From Lytechinus pictus (Eukaryota), in contig NC_087263.1 in NCBI RefSeq assembly GCF_037042905.1, positions 8,930,001 to 8,994,000 of the forward strand: DNA of 64,000 bases. The letters are read 5' to 3'. Made by a program: the position numbers and the translations under genes. Positions 39,226 through 50,599 of the stretch are shown here, one piece after another. The stretch's first letter is position 1. Each line of letters starts with the position of its first letter. Under the pieces are notes generated by a model. The model was not told where the DNA came from and searched no databases. It saw nothing but the letters and a program-made list of their open reading frames with translations.

Positions 39226-39838
39226 AAAGTCCAATATATATCGTGACTAGCCAACTCCAGGGAAGGTTCTCCGTCAAAAGATTTTTTTTTCTTTAAAAAT
39301 TAAAACTAGAAATCAGCTTATCTCAAGAAGGAACCCGTCTTCTTCATAACGTTAAGATTTGAAGTCATGAAGTAAAAAAAAGACCTGATAAAGAAGTTTT
39401 TAGCAGAATTTCCTTGGAAGTTTCATAGAGATCACGAAGTGGTCTCATGCTTGACTCAACCCTGAACTTTAAACCTTGTTTTATCCGTATTCTTTGGACC
39501 TTTCACTGACTTTCTTTTACATTCAATCAAGAACTATTAGGGCTATTGTAGATTAATTCTGTCAAGTTATAATTCACTTTGAAGGTTAGGATGTGCTTTA
39601 TCAAGCTTGGTGAAATTCTCAAAATTCAATTTTGGCCGCTTCTGGTTGGATTTGATGTGGCAGGTCACAGCTGTGATGGATATTTGATACCGTTCCTAAT
39701 CACATTCATGGTTTAAGGCTTATGTTATTTGTTACATTGTAGTTTTTAATGTTAAAAAAAAAACATTTGATTCTCGAGGCGAATTACCTCGTTAAAAAAA
39801 AGTGGAAATAAACGAATTAGCATTTGAACAAAATCGTG

Positions 39839-41175
39839 TTAATTTTTCATCTTTTCTTCTTTGGAAAGTGCAATTCCGTGTTTTCTTGCAGCAACTAGAA
39901 GGTCAATGAATTCCTGGCCAAGGGCGTCACAAAGGACTTTATCTTGGACCAAAGCTGCGAGACCTTCCTTCATATCACAGGGAACTTTGGGTGTGTTTGA
40001 AGGGATATCCTTATGGGCGTTTCCCGTGCATTCATCTGGGAGAGGTATCTTGTTGATAATACCGTCCATTCCTGCAGCAACGGTACCTGCAAGAATAAGA
40101 TATGGGTCTGCATCAATCCTTCCAAGGCGATTTTCTATGTATGATCCACTTGGTCCATCGCTCTTCTTGACGCGGAAAGTAGCCGAGCGGTTGTGTTTGC
40201 CCCATGAAATGTATGACGGTTCTACCGAATCGACCAGTTCATAAGCACCGAACATCTTGATCCCGCTAACGGTGGAAGCCATGAGGGGTGTCAACGCCCG
40301 TGCGTGAGCAAGCAAACCAGCAATCCAATGCTTAGCCGTGTCAGTGAGGTCACCAGTTGTAGCGTTGAATACCACGTTACCAGACTTGTCCCAAAGAGAA
40401 TGGTTCAAATGAAGGGTAAACCCACTCCCAGTGCCATCGGGATCGGCAATGAATAGTGCTTTATATCCGTTGCAGAGAGCGATTTCTTTACATGCATCCT
40501 TGCAGATAACAGCCTCATCAGCAGCCTTTATTCCGAATGAAGGTTTCGTAGACACTTCAAGAGATCCGTCGGGGCTCTCAGAATGTATAGCATCCACAGT
40601 TACCCCGACGCGCGGCAAAGAATCAAACAACTGCTTGATGTAGTCCCTGGCCGTTGCAAGGAGGATACTACTGGCACAAAATCCAACTCGTTCCTGAACT
40701 AGTTGTTCACCCCTGTCGCCGCAAAGACGGAATTCCAATTCATAGGCACTCATCAGTGATATCCCCAAACCCTTCAAACGTTGGAGTTGCTTGTTCGCCA
40801 CATTCCTCGGATGCTCAACCACGGGGTCTTTCATATTAAGGTGATAGAGTACTGTTGAGACCGCTGCCGTATCCTCAAGCCAAGGGATAACCCGAAAGGT
40901 GCGCAGATCTGGAAGGGCACACATATCAGAGAACCAATAGTTTTTCTTGAAATCACATTCGAATCCTTCTCCTACCGGATCTTTCATGAAGCAAATCGGA
41001 GAAAAGAGAACCCCCTTCTTTAGGGTCGATGACAGTTCTTCCAGAGTGTTTACGGCTACCATCTTACATCGCGTGATGCCATTGATGTCAGTGAATTCCA
41101 CGCGGAGTATCTTAACTCCTTTCTCCTTAACCTCGTTTATAATGCGGATTAATTCTTCAGACTGATGAACGATAT
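39839..41175 (-). CDS. Glutamine synthetase type I / lengsin-like protein, large last coding exon
   Basis: The 420-aa ORF stays open upstream to a polypyrimidine/AG acceptor (tttatatctttacag, AG at 41177-41176). GS motifs: RVEFTDINGITRCK, AYELEF, HSE..GSLE, GSG..LHLNHSLW, WGKHNRSATFRV, YIENRL..DADPYL. Stop codon at 39839-39841. Confidence 0.93.
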
Positions 41176-41359
41176 CTGTAAAGATATAAATTGAAGGAAA
41201 GAAAAAACAATGATATTATGATGATCAACAGTCAACCAATAAATTGTTCGGAATTGGGGTAATCATTGTAATCTATTGTGTCGAATATTACTTGAATGGC
41301 GAGACGCCAATTATTTATATACCTATATGATGGTGTTTATAATGACGATGATGATGATG

Positions 41360-41820
41360 ATTATTATTATTATAATCATAGCAATAATAGGCATTTATAT
41401 AGCATCATCTATTATATTCTATTCCGAGGCGCACAAGAAAACAATAAAGAAATTGATAATTTGGATGGGTGTCTTAGTGCCAAGAACTGATACTGTTAGA
41501 AAATCCCAGAATTCAGTTTAGATATGAAAGTCTTCATTTTTTAACATTAGTGGTAAATTATTTCTAAGAGAAGGTGCTGCGGGAGAAAAAGCTCACACCC
41601 CGAAGGTAGTTCGTATTTGGGGGGGGGGGGTCTTCAGAAGAAGCTAATGTGGTTATCTCAGGCTACGATCAGGTGTATAATAAGACATGGCAGGGTCTTG
41701 TAAATATTCTGGTGCCATATGCCATTTTAAAGTTTCCAAGTGGGAGGTATTTTAAATTCCCTTCGCTTCCGGATAGGCAACCAATGTAACTTTTTAAGAA
41801 GTGGAGATGATATGTGTTGA
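41360..41820 (-). mobile_element. L2-clade LINE 3' fragment in the GS-like intron
   Basis: Minus-strand LKKLHWLPI remnant, followed by a GCGCCTCGGAATAG…ATAAATGCCTATTATT tail. Confidence 0.7.
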
Positions 41821-42086
41821 TATTTAGATTATATAGCATCATTATCATCATACGTTTTACTAATACAACAACTATTACTACTACGACCATGACTATCATT
41901 ACTATACTACTACTTGATACTATTTGGAACGTTAATAACCATTGCAGTATTTAACTATTTCAAAATGATAATGATGGGAAAAGGGGAAAATCGTATTCTC
42001 TGAATATTTTGTCAAACTGGTTCACCGAAAAATATATTGTTGAATTAAAAGGTAAATTAGTAGGTCGCCTCCTTCGCCTTCTAGAA

Positions 42087-42710
42087 CAGCGCTTCTCAAC
42101 CGGTGGGCCGCGGTCCACTGGTAGGCCGCGAAGCTCTCTCCGGTGGGCCGCGAGAAGTTCCAGACGAAGAAAAAAAAATAGGGGAAAAACTATATTTCAC
42201 AATGGACTATTTCATGTCCGAAAATGTTGTTTGATCGGTCTTTGTGTGTCAAACAAAGGGGCACGCTTTGATCATGCAATGCATGTTTCAATATACATGC
42301 AACTAACTTTGATGTGAACCTCTCAGGCCTTAACTGTCGCCCATTTACTAGACCTCTGCGAATGCAGTTAGTTCCCAAACTGTCTATTTGAGCTTTATGT
42401 ACAAATATCACGAAACATCAAAATAGACCGTGTTTTAAAGCGGAAGGGTGAGGGAGAAAACACATCTACTGCTGGCAAGTCTCAGAAGGAAACTGCAAGA
42501 AAATATGACCATGATGACCCTGAATACATTAAATTTGAATTTATCATGACTGGCAGTGATGCAAAACCAAAAGCAATATGTGTCATATGTGCTGAAGTTA
42601 TCGTCAAATGAGGCGCTTAAATCGTCAAAGCTTTGATAATGCAAAACACGAAGAGTGCAGTAAAACTACAGGAGTATCTCGAAAGAACACAAGCTGGATT
42701 GAATTCGCAG
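42087..42710 (+). mobile_element. hAT Charlie/Buster transposon 5' fragment with a BED-finger remnant
   Basis: TTCTAGAA|CAGCGCTTCTCAACC terminus and GGGCCGCG subterminal repeats. Decayed RKY…PEYIKF.FIMTGSDAKPKAICVICAEV..NEALKSSKL. Confidence 0.8.
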
Positions 42711-42834
42711 CAGAACACTGGCGTATGGATAGGGGGGTCTTGCCCCCCCAAAAAAAAATCACGACCAACAAAAAAAAGAGAAAAGGGAAGAAAAGAAAAG
42801 GGTTAAACGATTTGCTATACGCCCAGTTGCAATT

Positions 42835-44800
42835 TTATATATAACATTTAAAAGTGAAATTGGTTCGCCAATTTTGTAATAAATGTCTTGGCTTATTTTT
42901 CTTGGGAATTAAAGTAATCACTCCTAAGTTTTGTGATTGAGACAAAGAGCCTGTTGTATACGCGAAATTCAAAGATCTGACCATGAATACTTTTAGATAT
43001 TTCCAAAAAAAGCGAAAGAATTCAACAGAGAATCCGTCTTGCCAAGGAGATTTATTATTTGTCATACTTTTTAACACGTCATACACTTCCTTTTCTTCTA
43101 AAGGTCCTTCTAGTATGTTTGACACTGTTGGAGTTAACTTAGGAATATCAGGAAATATCAGTATTGCCAAATCTACATCTTCAGTGTTCCTTTTTCATAA
43201 AGTCTGGAATAAAATCGACAAATTTCATTAGATATTTCATCTTGTCCAGTGATCACTTCTCCATTTTTTGTAGACAGTTGTCTTATTTCTTTATTAACTT
43301 TATTTTGTTTTTCTAAATTCAGGAAATATTTTGATGGCTTTTCACCAAAATCCATCCACTTTATCTTAGATCTCATAATAATTCCATCAATAATTTTCGG
43401 ACGGTATGATTCAAGTTGTGATTTTTTATCATTAAGTTCTACAAGTAAATTAACCTTATCATTTGAATTCACTAGTCTTTGTTCAAGTATTTCAATATTC
43501 TTCTCCAATTCTTTTTCGTTATCTTTATTTTGTTTCTTGACAAATGAACTGAAAGATATAGATTCACCCCTCAAAAGCATTATGAGAGTTTCAAAAAATA
43601 ACTGGTCATTGATAGAAAGTTCACAATTTTCAACTTTATTATCGTTCTCATCGAACATCACCTCATTTGTAGCATGATATGTTATTGTTTCTTTTATAAT
43701 TTTGATAATCCTTGACACAAACTGATCATCCTGTAATAAAGAATTGTTGAATTTCCCTGTACCATGTATACCAGGGCCCCGCTTTATCTTGTTCAATTTC
43801 AAACTAAGGAGGTCCAATGAATGGTCTGTTCTATAACCTGACAAAATTTCCGATTTATGGACAAGTGATAACCTTTCTGAAGATATAAGGAAAACATCTA
43901 ACCTTCCTTGCTTAAAGGGTTTGGCTGACGCCACGTGTTATACCTTTTCACCGGATACCCGATTCTCCATGGATCACATAAATCTACATTGTAAATCATT
44001 TTTCATATTGTTAACCTGATAGCTTGCTCTAGGATTATTTATATGTAAATAATTATGGGTATCTATAATCTGGTCCTGAACGAGGTTCCAATCTCCACAA
44101 ATAATCACATGTGGATTTTCGAAATCAATGATGATATGTTGTAAGTCAATGTAAAATTCTGGACTATCAGTATTCGGGCCGTATAAAGAAACCAATGTAA
44201 TATCATACTCATATAGTGTCAAGACTAAGGCTATTAAATTTCCGTTATTGTCTGTTCTGCTTTGGTTAACTGTAACAGTAAGAGAATCTTTGAATAAAAT
44301 TGCATCACCTCTGGAGCTGGATGTATGATAAGAAAAAAAACGTACCTCCCCAAATTCTACATATTTCTGTTTCTGTGGCTGGGGTGAAATGGGTGTCCTG
44401 TATACAACATATATCATACTGTTTAGATTTTAGATATACTAATAATAATAATAATAGGCATTTATAAAGCGCCATCTATCTAGAAATATTCTATTCTGAG
44501 GCGCGTTGTTATTACTATTACCCCGGATTTAGCTCGAGCTGCCTTTCAGCGCTCATGCATTCAAGGAATTAATCCTGCCGGGTACCCATCCACCTCACCT
44601 GGGTCGAGTGCAGCACAATGTGGATACATTTCTTGCTGAAGGAAATTACGCCATGGCTGGGATTCCTACCCACGACCCTCTGTTTCATAGTCAGAAGACT
44701 TATCCACTGGGCCACAACGCTCCACAATAGTATATATAGTACGTCCTCCCTTTTCCTGCCATTCGCCAGACCGTGACAGTTCATTGAAATATTAAAACAT
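42835..44800 (-). mobile_element. L1/Tx1-clade LINE ORF2 fragment (APE endonuclease to start of RT), frameshifted
   Basis: MNCHGLANGRKREDVL, TLVSLYGPN, IICGDWNLV, RLDVFLIS, TDHS, KFNNSLL, GEKPSKYFLNLEK, KSP..DGFSVEFF, GVITLIPKK and NWR/PISLLNVIYK. Confidence 0.92.
44441..44727 (-). mobile_element. Full-length tRNA-derived SINE inserted in the L1/Tx1 endonuclease region
   Basis: Head GGAGCGTTGTGGCCCAGTGG…GGGTAGGAATCCC (A/B-box-like), core ACCCAGGTG…ATGGGTACC, and an L2-type tail with (TAT)n. Confidence 0.85.
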
Positions 44801-45152
44801 CACCTTGCATAGTGAACAAAATCAATGGCGAAAAAAGACTGCGAACTACCTGTGGAAGAAATTTTACTATACCCTTTTTTTATGCTTTTCAAATTTACTT
44901 CAGTACCCCAGTATAAAAACTATTGTTTCCCACGGCCCCGTTCGACATCACTGCTTCCCGAATGCCATAGAGCTATAACTTGCTTATATGAGGGCGAAGC
45001 GACCAAGCATTAAAAGTCACTATTCTTTTCGTATAAAAGGTGATTATCTCCAACTTCGGCTTGGAAACCTAACAAAGAGAAAAAAATCATATCGCATGGA
45101 AGAGAAAATTACAAAAGACTCAACTCGCCTATATTTTAGTTCTGTCATTATA

Positions 45153-46132
45153 CAGTGCGTATCAAAAAAAAGTTTACACTTAGAAAAAATCCTGTAAAAT
45201 TATACATATGTAATATCCTGAAGATTTTTACACATTGGTACAGATCCATTTAAGCAAATGACGATGTAACTGTCGAAAAATATTTCCGATTGAGTGAGCA
45301 CCACTAACTTTTAAAAAGTAAGTAAAAAATGATTTGCGTAGAACTTTGAAATAGTTATGCGAATAGAAGTGAACCTTAATCATGAAGAACACGTGGAATT
45401 TAGCTAGTAAATTTGATTTGAAGATATATTTACCCTTTTTAAACTTGTTTCCATGCCCAAAACACTTCGACGAGTGCATTGCGTCCCACCCACTCCCCCA
45501 CACACCGAGGCCATCGTGACGATATTTGCTTTACACTGAGCTGTGATTTACATGAAAAGGCTTAGGCTTGATTTTCATTTTGTTAATCATTGTCAAGCTT
45601 GGAAAAAGTGTGGAGAAACAAGTATTAAATGAAAAATGAAATGTAAACCCGCTTTAAATGATAAAAACTTGGTGAAAAAATGCTGGAGATGTCTGATATA
45701 AACTTTTGTTCAGATTCAGTAATGTCCTCAGATCCAGCTGGCACAAAAAGGGTAGTAAAGGTTGTGCTTACTAAGTGTTGAAATTTCAAATTGGGTGGCA
45801 AAAGTGTTACAAAATGCTTGAATGAATCCGTTTTATTTCAGCTGACTAAAATTGCAAGGGAAATGTAAGAGAAATATTTCGCAGAGTAAGTTTGATTTCG
45901 CCCTTTCCCTTTAACACAGCGTGAAAACGATCATTTCTGCGCAAACAGATTTCTGCGAGCTTTACCGAAATGGACAGTGCTCACTCAAGTGTAATATTCT
46001 ATCAAAACTTTTACTTTCATTGGATAGATGAGACCCAAACCCAAGATTGTATGTGAAAATATTATCCACACGTTGTATATTTTTTAATTCCCACACCTTT
46101 TTCAAAGTGTAAACTTTTTTTGATACGCACCG
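45153..46132. mobile_element. Tc1/mariner-type MITE
   Basis: Ends TA|CAGTGCGTATCAAAAAAAAGTTTACACTT and AAGTGTAAACTTTTTTTGATACGCACCG. Confidence 0.85.
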
Positions 46133-46627
46133 GAAAAGCCTAATATGCGTCATCTGTGGCTTTTATAGGAATGAAGATATGACGTTTCGTCCAGCATTTC
46201 GTATAGATTTCGCATTACTTGTATAGATTTTGATGAAATGATGATATCATAAGCATATCATTAAACTTTTTAAAAAATATCAGCCCATGAGTCTTTATCT
46301 CTAGGTCTATTGTTAAACTGTTTATACACTTTACTGATATATTTATAATACAGATTCATAGCAAGAGCTACGGAAAGTAAAAAAAAGACAAAAAATATGT
46401 ATAGTAGAAGCAATAGTTTTCCATCAAAAATACCTCCACTCTCGTTCGATTACTTATGTAAATTTTGCACTTTTCCTGGTAATTATTACTTCATAATTAT
46501 GTTAACAATTTCGTGTCATAATGTGAAAACCACACAGATGAGATGATTATCTTCATTTTCAAATATTGGGTTTTTTTTTAGTTTACACTCTTAAAAAGGA
46601 CAATGTAGTTGAATGGGTAATTTCGAT

Positions 46628-47187
46628 CCCGGCCCCCCTCCCCCACTCAGTGTTATTTAGGGTACGCCTATGCTCGTTCCCTCCCTTTGAAAGCACCCCC
46701 CTATCGAAGGTCTGCCAAAATTTCTGAACCCCCCTTTCGAGTGCTTTTCGCGGGCTTTTTCTGCCTTAGAGACCCCCCTAAATCCGGAACACTGCTCAAT
46801 GTACCCCCTATCTCAGATGAGCTCTCATTCCAACAAAAGGTCCGTACTTTAATTTTCAAAATGAAATAATCCTGAATTCAGGATTATTCAGGCTCATTTG
46901 AATAAGCTTTCAAAACTAGCAGGAATTACAGGAATTTGATCCCGGGATTTGATCAATTTTCTATGTTATTCAAAATATGTTATAACCCCCTTTTAAAATT
47001 TCTCAGGAGTCCAAAGAGAGAGATAAAAAAACACCCCCTTTTTAAAGAAATCTCCGGGTGAAAATACAAATACACCCCCCTTTTTTACAATGCGCGGGCC
47101 GGACTTGTCCAGCGAAAAAGTACCCCTTTACCGGACATTTTGGGAACACGCATGCGGTCCTTCCGACCCCGGAGTGAGGGCGCCGGG
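46628..47187. mobile_element. CCCGG…CCGGG TIR element with an ~8-bp TSD
   Basis: Ends CCCGGCCCCCCTCCCCCACTC and GAGTGAGGGCGCCGGG. Flanks are ATTTCGAT/GTTTCGAT. Confidence 0.7.
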
Positions 47188-47666
47188 GTTTCGATAAAGT
47201 AATAAAGTATTAATGTATTTATCGAAACATTCAGCCAGAATCATCTAACAAGTCGGTGATACATCATAAAATGAATGCCTGCGATACTGCATGTTCGCGG
47301 TAAATTTGATTTTTACGACTCGTGCACTAGAATTATATTTCTGCATAAGTTAAGAATTCGACTAAAAAGTTTATTAGTTTGAATTTTCGAAATAGAATGG
47401 ACTATTGCGTTAGATTTAATTGTCAAAATGAGAAAGAATTTTTATATTGTTTAGTGACGGAAATCCGAATGAATTTCCCACTAGATTCATAACCGAAAAT
47501 ATAATGAACTTTGGCGTCATAATAATTTTACACAGAATTGGCAAATGTTCCGTATGATGTCACTGAAAACATGAAGTAAAAATCAAACTTGACACTCTTA
47601 TCTCTTCGCAACATCAATCGATTTCACCTTTACAAAATGATTTTAAATCCTATCGCAAAGCGACTT

Positions 47667-48421
47667 ACTGCCCTTTTATGCGCCACTTTTTTACCCTAGA
47701 ATCATGATTAGAATCATGATTCAAATCATGATTCTGTAGAATCACGATAAACGTCTTTCAAATCACAAACATGAAACACGGAAAAAGGGGCGTTTGGAAA
47801 GACGTTTCTGTAGAATCACGAACCAAAAAGGTCGTATAAACGCAATCGTGATTTGAATCATGATTCTATGACGTCACTGGGTCGGGCTACTTTCGGTTTG
47901 ACTCTTGCCAATTCAAGGCGCGCGCTATAATGTTGTATGTGCTACGCATGCTATGCATTTCTTGTCATGTTCAAGTTCTGTGTTGGTCATCGCATCGTCC
48001 ACTGCTTTTCATTTTTGGTCGTGTCTTCAAGTTCTCGTAAATGAACTAATTAACTACTGATCAGACAATGATCTCAGTTGTTGTTGAGTTAACAGTGTCA
48101 ATATTAAATTGGATCTACGCTGAAATTCACTTCCGAAAACGATTGCGATAAATCGACAACATGAATAGAAGTAAACAAAATGAGGTATAAGAGACTGAAT
48201 TCTGAAGGCAAAACATGTGCAAAAAATTTGACCTCTACTTCCTCTGTCATGCGCACTAGTGATGCGCACTGGATCGGCCCGATTCCGAGGAGAAATAGCA
48301 TTGGATTGAAGGCCGTCTAAACGCTGATTCTGTGATATTGTGATTCATGTTTGTGTTTTGAATCATGATTCAGATCATGATTCAAATCATGATTCTGGCT
48401 TGAGGTCGCATACACGCAGCC
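47667..48421 (+). mobile_element. Harbinger-like MITE with GAATCATGATTC repeats, copy 2
   Basis: Collinear with 35786-36594. The left TIR is degenerate. Confidence 0.8.
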
Positions 48422-48849
48422 TATTGCGGCATTTCAAATTCAAATCAAAACCCTTCATTTGTGTTGCATTTGCCTTGATTCAGATTTGCCCAATTTCCAT
48501 TTGGGTTATTGTTACCCTTTACCTCCTCAAAGCCCCTTTAAACTGCCGTCCTCAGATGTAATATTCGTTTCCATTTTTTTTAGTTTTTAAATTTTCAAGT
48601 TTTTGAGGAAAAAGTACCTTAATTTAAACGCTTCAAAGCACAGAAATCCTAGTTTTAATGCATTCAGTACTATGATTTAATTCTTATATTATTTATTTAT
48701 TCATTCATTTTTTGAGGGGGTTAGGTATACCTTTGATTATTGTTCTTTGCTGGGGGTTATTTGACAATTTTGCGCTCCCTCAAAATGCCATCCCGGGCAG
48801 TTGCCCCACCTCAGTCCAAATGCCACTGAAATAAAGTATATAGGCCTAC

Positions 48850-48949
48850 CATATTTCCGTTGAACTCCGTGATTGTTGTCCTCAGAAAGCTCCAGTACCG
48901 TAGATCGTTTTGTTCCCTGATAGCACAGCGAAGAAGATCCAATACCCAT
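48850..48949 (-). CDS. Putative first coding exon of the GS/lengsin-like gene (MGIGSSSLCYQGTKRSTVLELSEDNNHGVQRKY)
   Basis: Exon 48971-48850 is bounded by acceptor atttatttttcag and donor G|gtaggc. The start context is ccaaaATGG. The 100 coding nt end in phase 1, which matches the phase needed at the 41175 acceptor (G|AT = Asp). Confidence 0.72.
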
Positions 48950-49074
48950 TTTGGTGCGTAGTATTGTTGCTCTGAAAAATAAATCGGATACGAAAGAGTC
49001 ATAAAATGTAAGGATTCCAAACCATGCATATTTTACACATTGTTGAAGTAATTGTCGTAGTTAACGGAGATATA

Positions 49075-49886
49075 CAGTGCGTCCCACAAAAAACGAAACC
49101 GAGATTTATCGATGATTTATCATAACTTAATCACAAATACAATAGGCAAATGACCTATCATTGTAAAGCTTAGAATCTCCTTTCTCATTTGAAATTACTT
49201 AAATTATTTCTCATTCACGCATGAGTGAGCAAAAACAATTTGAAGAGGGGATATCAAAAAGTCATTTGGCGGGCTGTATCTGGGTTTCAAAAAGAAAACC
49301 ACGTATTTAGATAGTTCAATATCTGCTCTTTAATTTGATACCTCAATTACAGAAAATGGTCAAGAAAAAACAAAGTTCTGGTTATTTGAAATAAGGCTTG
49401 AATTCTAATAATAATTCATAAAATGAAGAGGATTTTCAGGTTAGTGTTCAAACTCACTCGAACTCCGTTTTGTTGACGATCAGCCACGCATTAAGTCTTT
49501 TGTTAACCATGCGATAGCTTCTGTGTGAGACCGGTGAAAACACGTTTATTTTATGAAAATACAAGCATTATTTCAAAGGACTATAACTTTTTTACTCCTT
49601 GACCATTTTGTGTGATTAAGGTATCAAAGGAAAGAGCAGATATTGAACTTTTCAGGCACGTGATTTTCTTTTTGAAATTCAGATACCCCCCGCCAAATGA
49701 TTTTCTGTATCCTTTCTTCAAATTGTTTTCGCTCACTCATGCGTGAATGAGGAATAATCTAAGTAATATCAGATGAAAGAGGAGATTCTAAGCTTTACAT
49801 TGGTAGGTCATTTGTCTATTGTATTTGTGATTAAGTTATGATAAATAATCGCTAAATCTCGGTTTCGTTTTTTCTGGGACGCACTG
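49075..49886. mobile_element. Tc1/mariner-type MITE with long TIRs
   Basis: Ends TA|CAGTGCGTCCCACAAAAAACGAAACCGAGATTTA and TAAATCTCGGTTTCGTTTTTTCTGGGACGCACTG|TA. The arms are about 330 bp. Confidence 0.88.
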
Positions 49887-50429
49887 TATGTTGATTATGA
49901 ATATGGCCTTATTATATATCAGTGGACAGGTAATGATGTGGGGATTATCATTTGGTCATTAAAAAATAACGAAATACATAAGGTGGAAATCGCCAATTTA
50001 GTAAAAAACGCTAAAATGCCTCTCCGAAATATGCCTCGCATCGGTCTCTGAATTGACTCGAATTTGATAACGTGCATGAGTGTACGAGAGAGGTGATTTG
50101 CTCTCGTCAGGCTCATCAGGCTCCACTTGCATGCAAAACCTGTTGCGAGGGTACGTTTTCTCCACACTGTCACTGAATACTTCGATTACGAAATGAAAGA
50201 AAACCCAGAAGTTTATCTAGATTTTGATTTTCAAATTGATGATTTAATATGAAGATGAAGAGAATGATGATGAAGTTTGTAGCTCTATAACAACAAATTG
50301 ACGTCGATGGAGGTAAATGAGGAGAATTACGCCGGTGATGATGAGTCGGACAATTCAACTTGCATGCCGATTCGCTACCAACTCATGCAACCTGTTTTGT
50401 CTATCTTTCCTACAGCTTTCCCCTATCTG

Positions 50430-50599
50430 AAGAAAAGTGGCCAAACATTGAACAAAGACGCAACTACTTTTTTGCAACACTTATGTACAAGTGCATTAAT
50501 GGCACTGCTCCTGGACGATTATGTAATGAAATTGAGACGTATTGTGACCGCCATGGATTTAACACAAGAAACGCAGATTCTTTAAATGTAATAATACCT
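50430..50599 (+). mobile_element. CR1/L2-group LINE 3' fragment, left half (split by the YR retrotransposon)
   Basis: KWPNIEQRRNYFFATLMYKCINGTAP…NTRNADSLNVIIP. Confidence 0.8.

Noticed and set aside
39861..41165. Plus-strand ORFs overlapping the GS-like exon
   Set aside because: Antisense shadows of a real coding exon.
39839..41175. Bacterial contamination or recent horizontal transfer of glnA
   Set aside because: The ORF starts at a spliceosomal acceptor, has a phase-matched upstream exon and sits among animal repeats. GS-I/lengsin-like genes are known in animals. An ancient transfer cannot be excluded without a phylogeny.
47660..47690. Alternative upstream exon using the minus-strand GTAAGT donor near 47668
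   Set aside because: It overlaps the degenerate TIR of a MITE and has no plausible acceptor or start codon.
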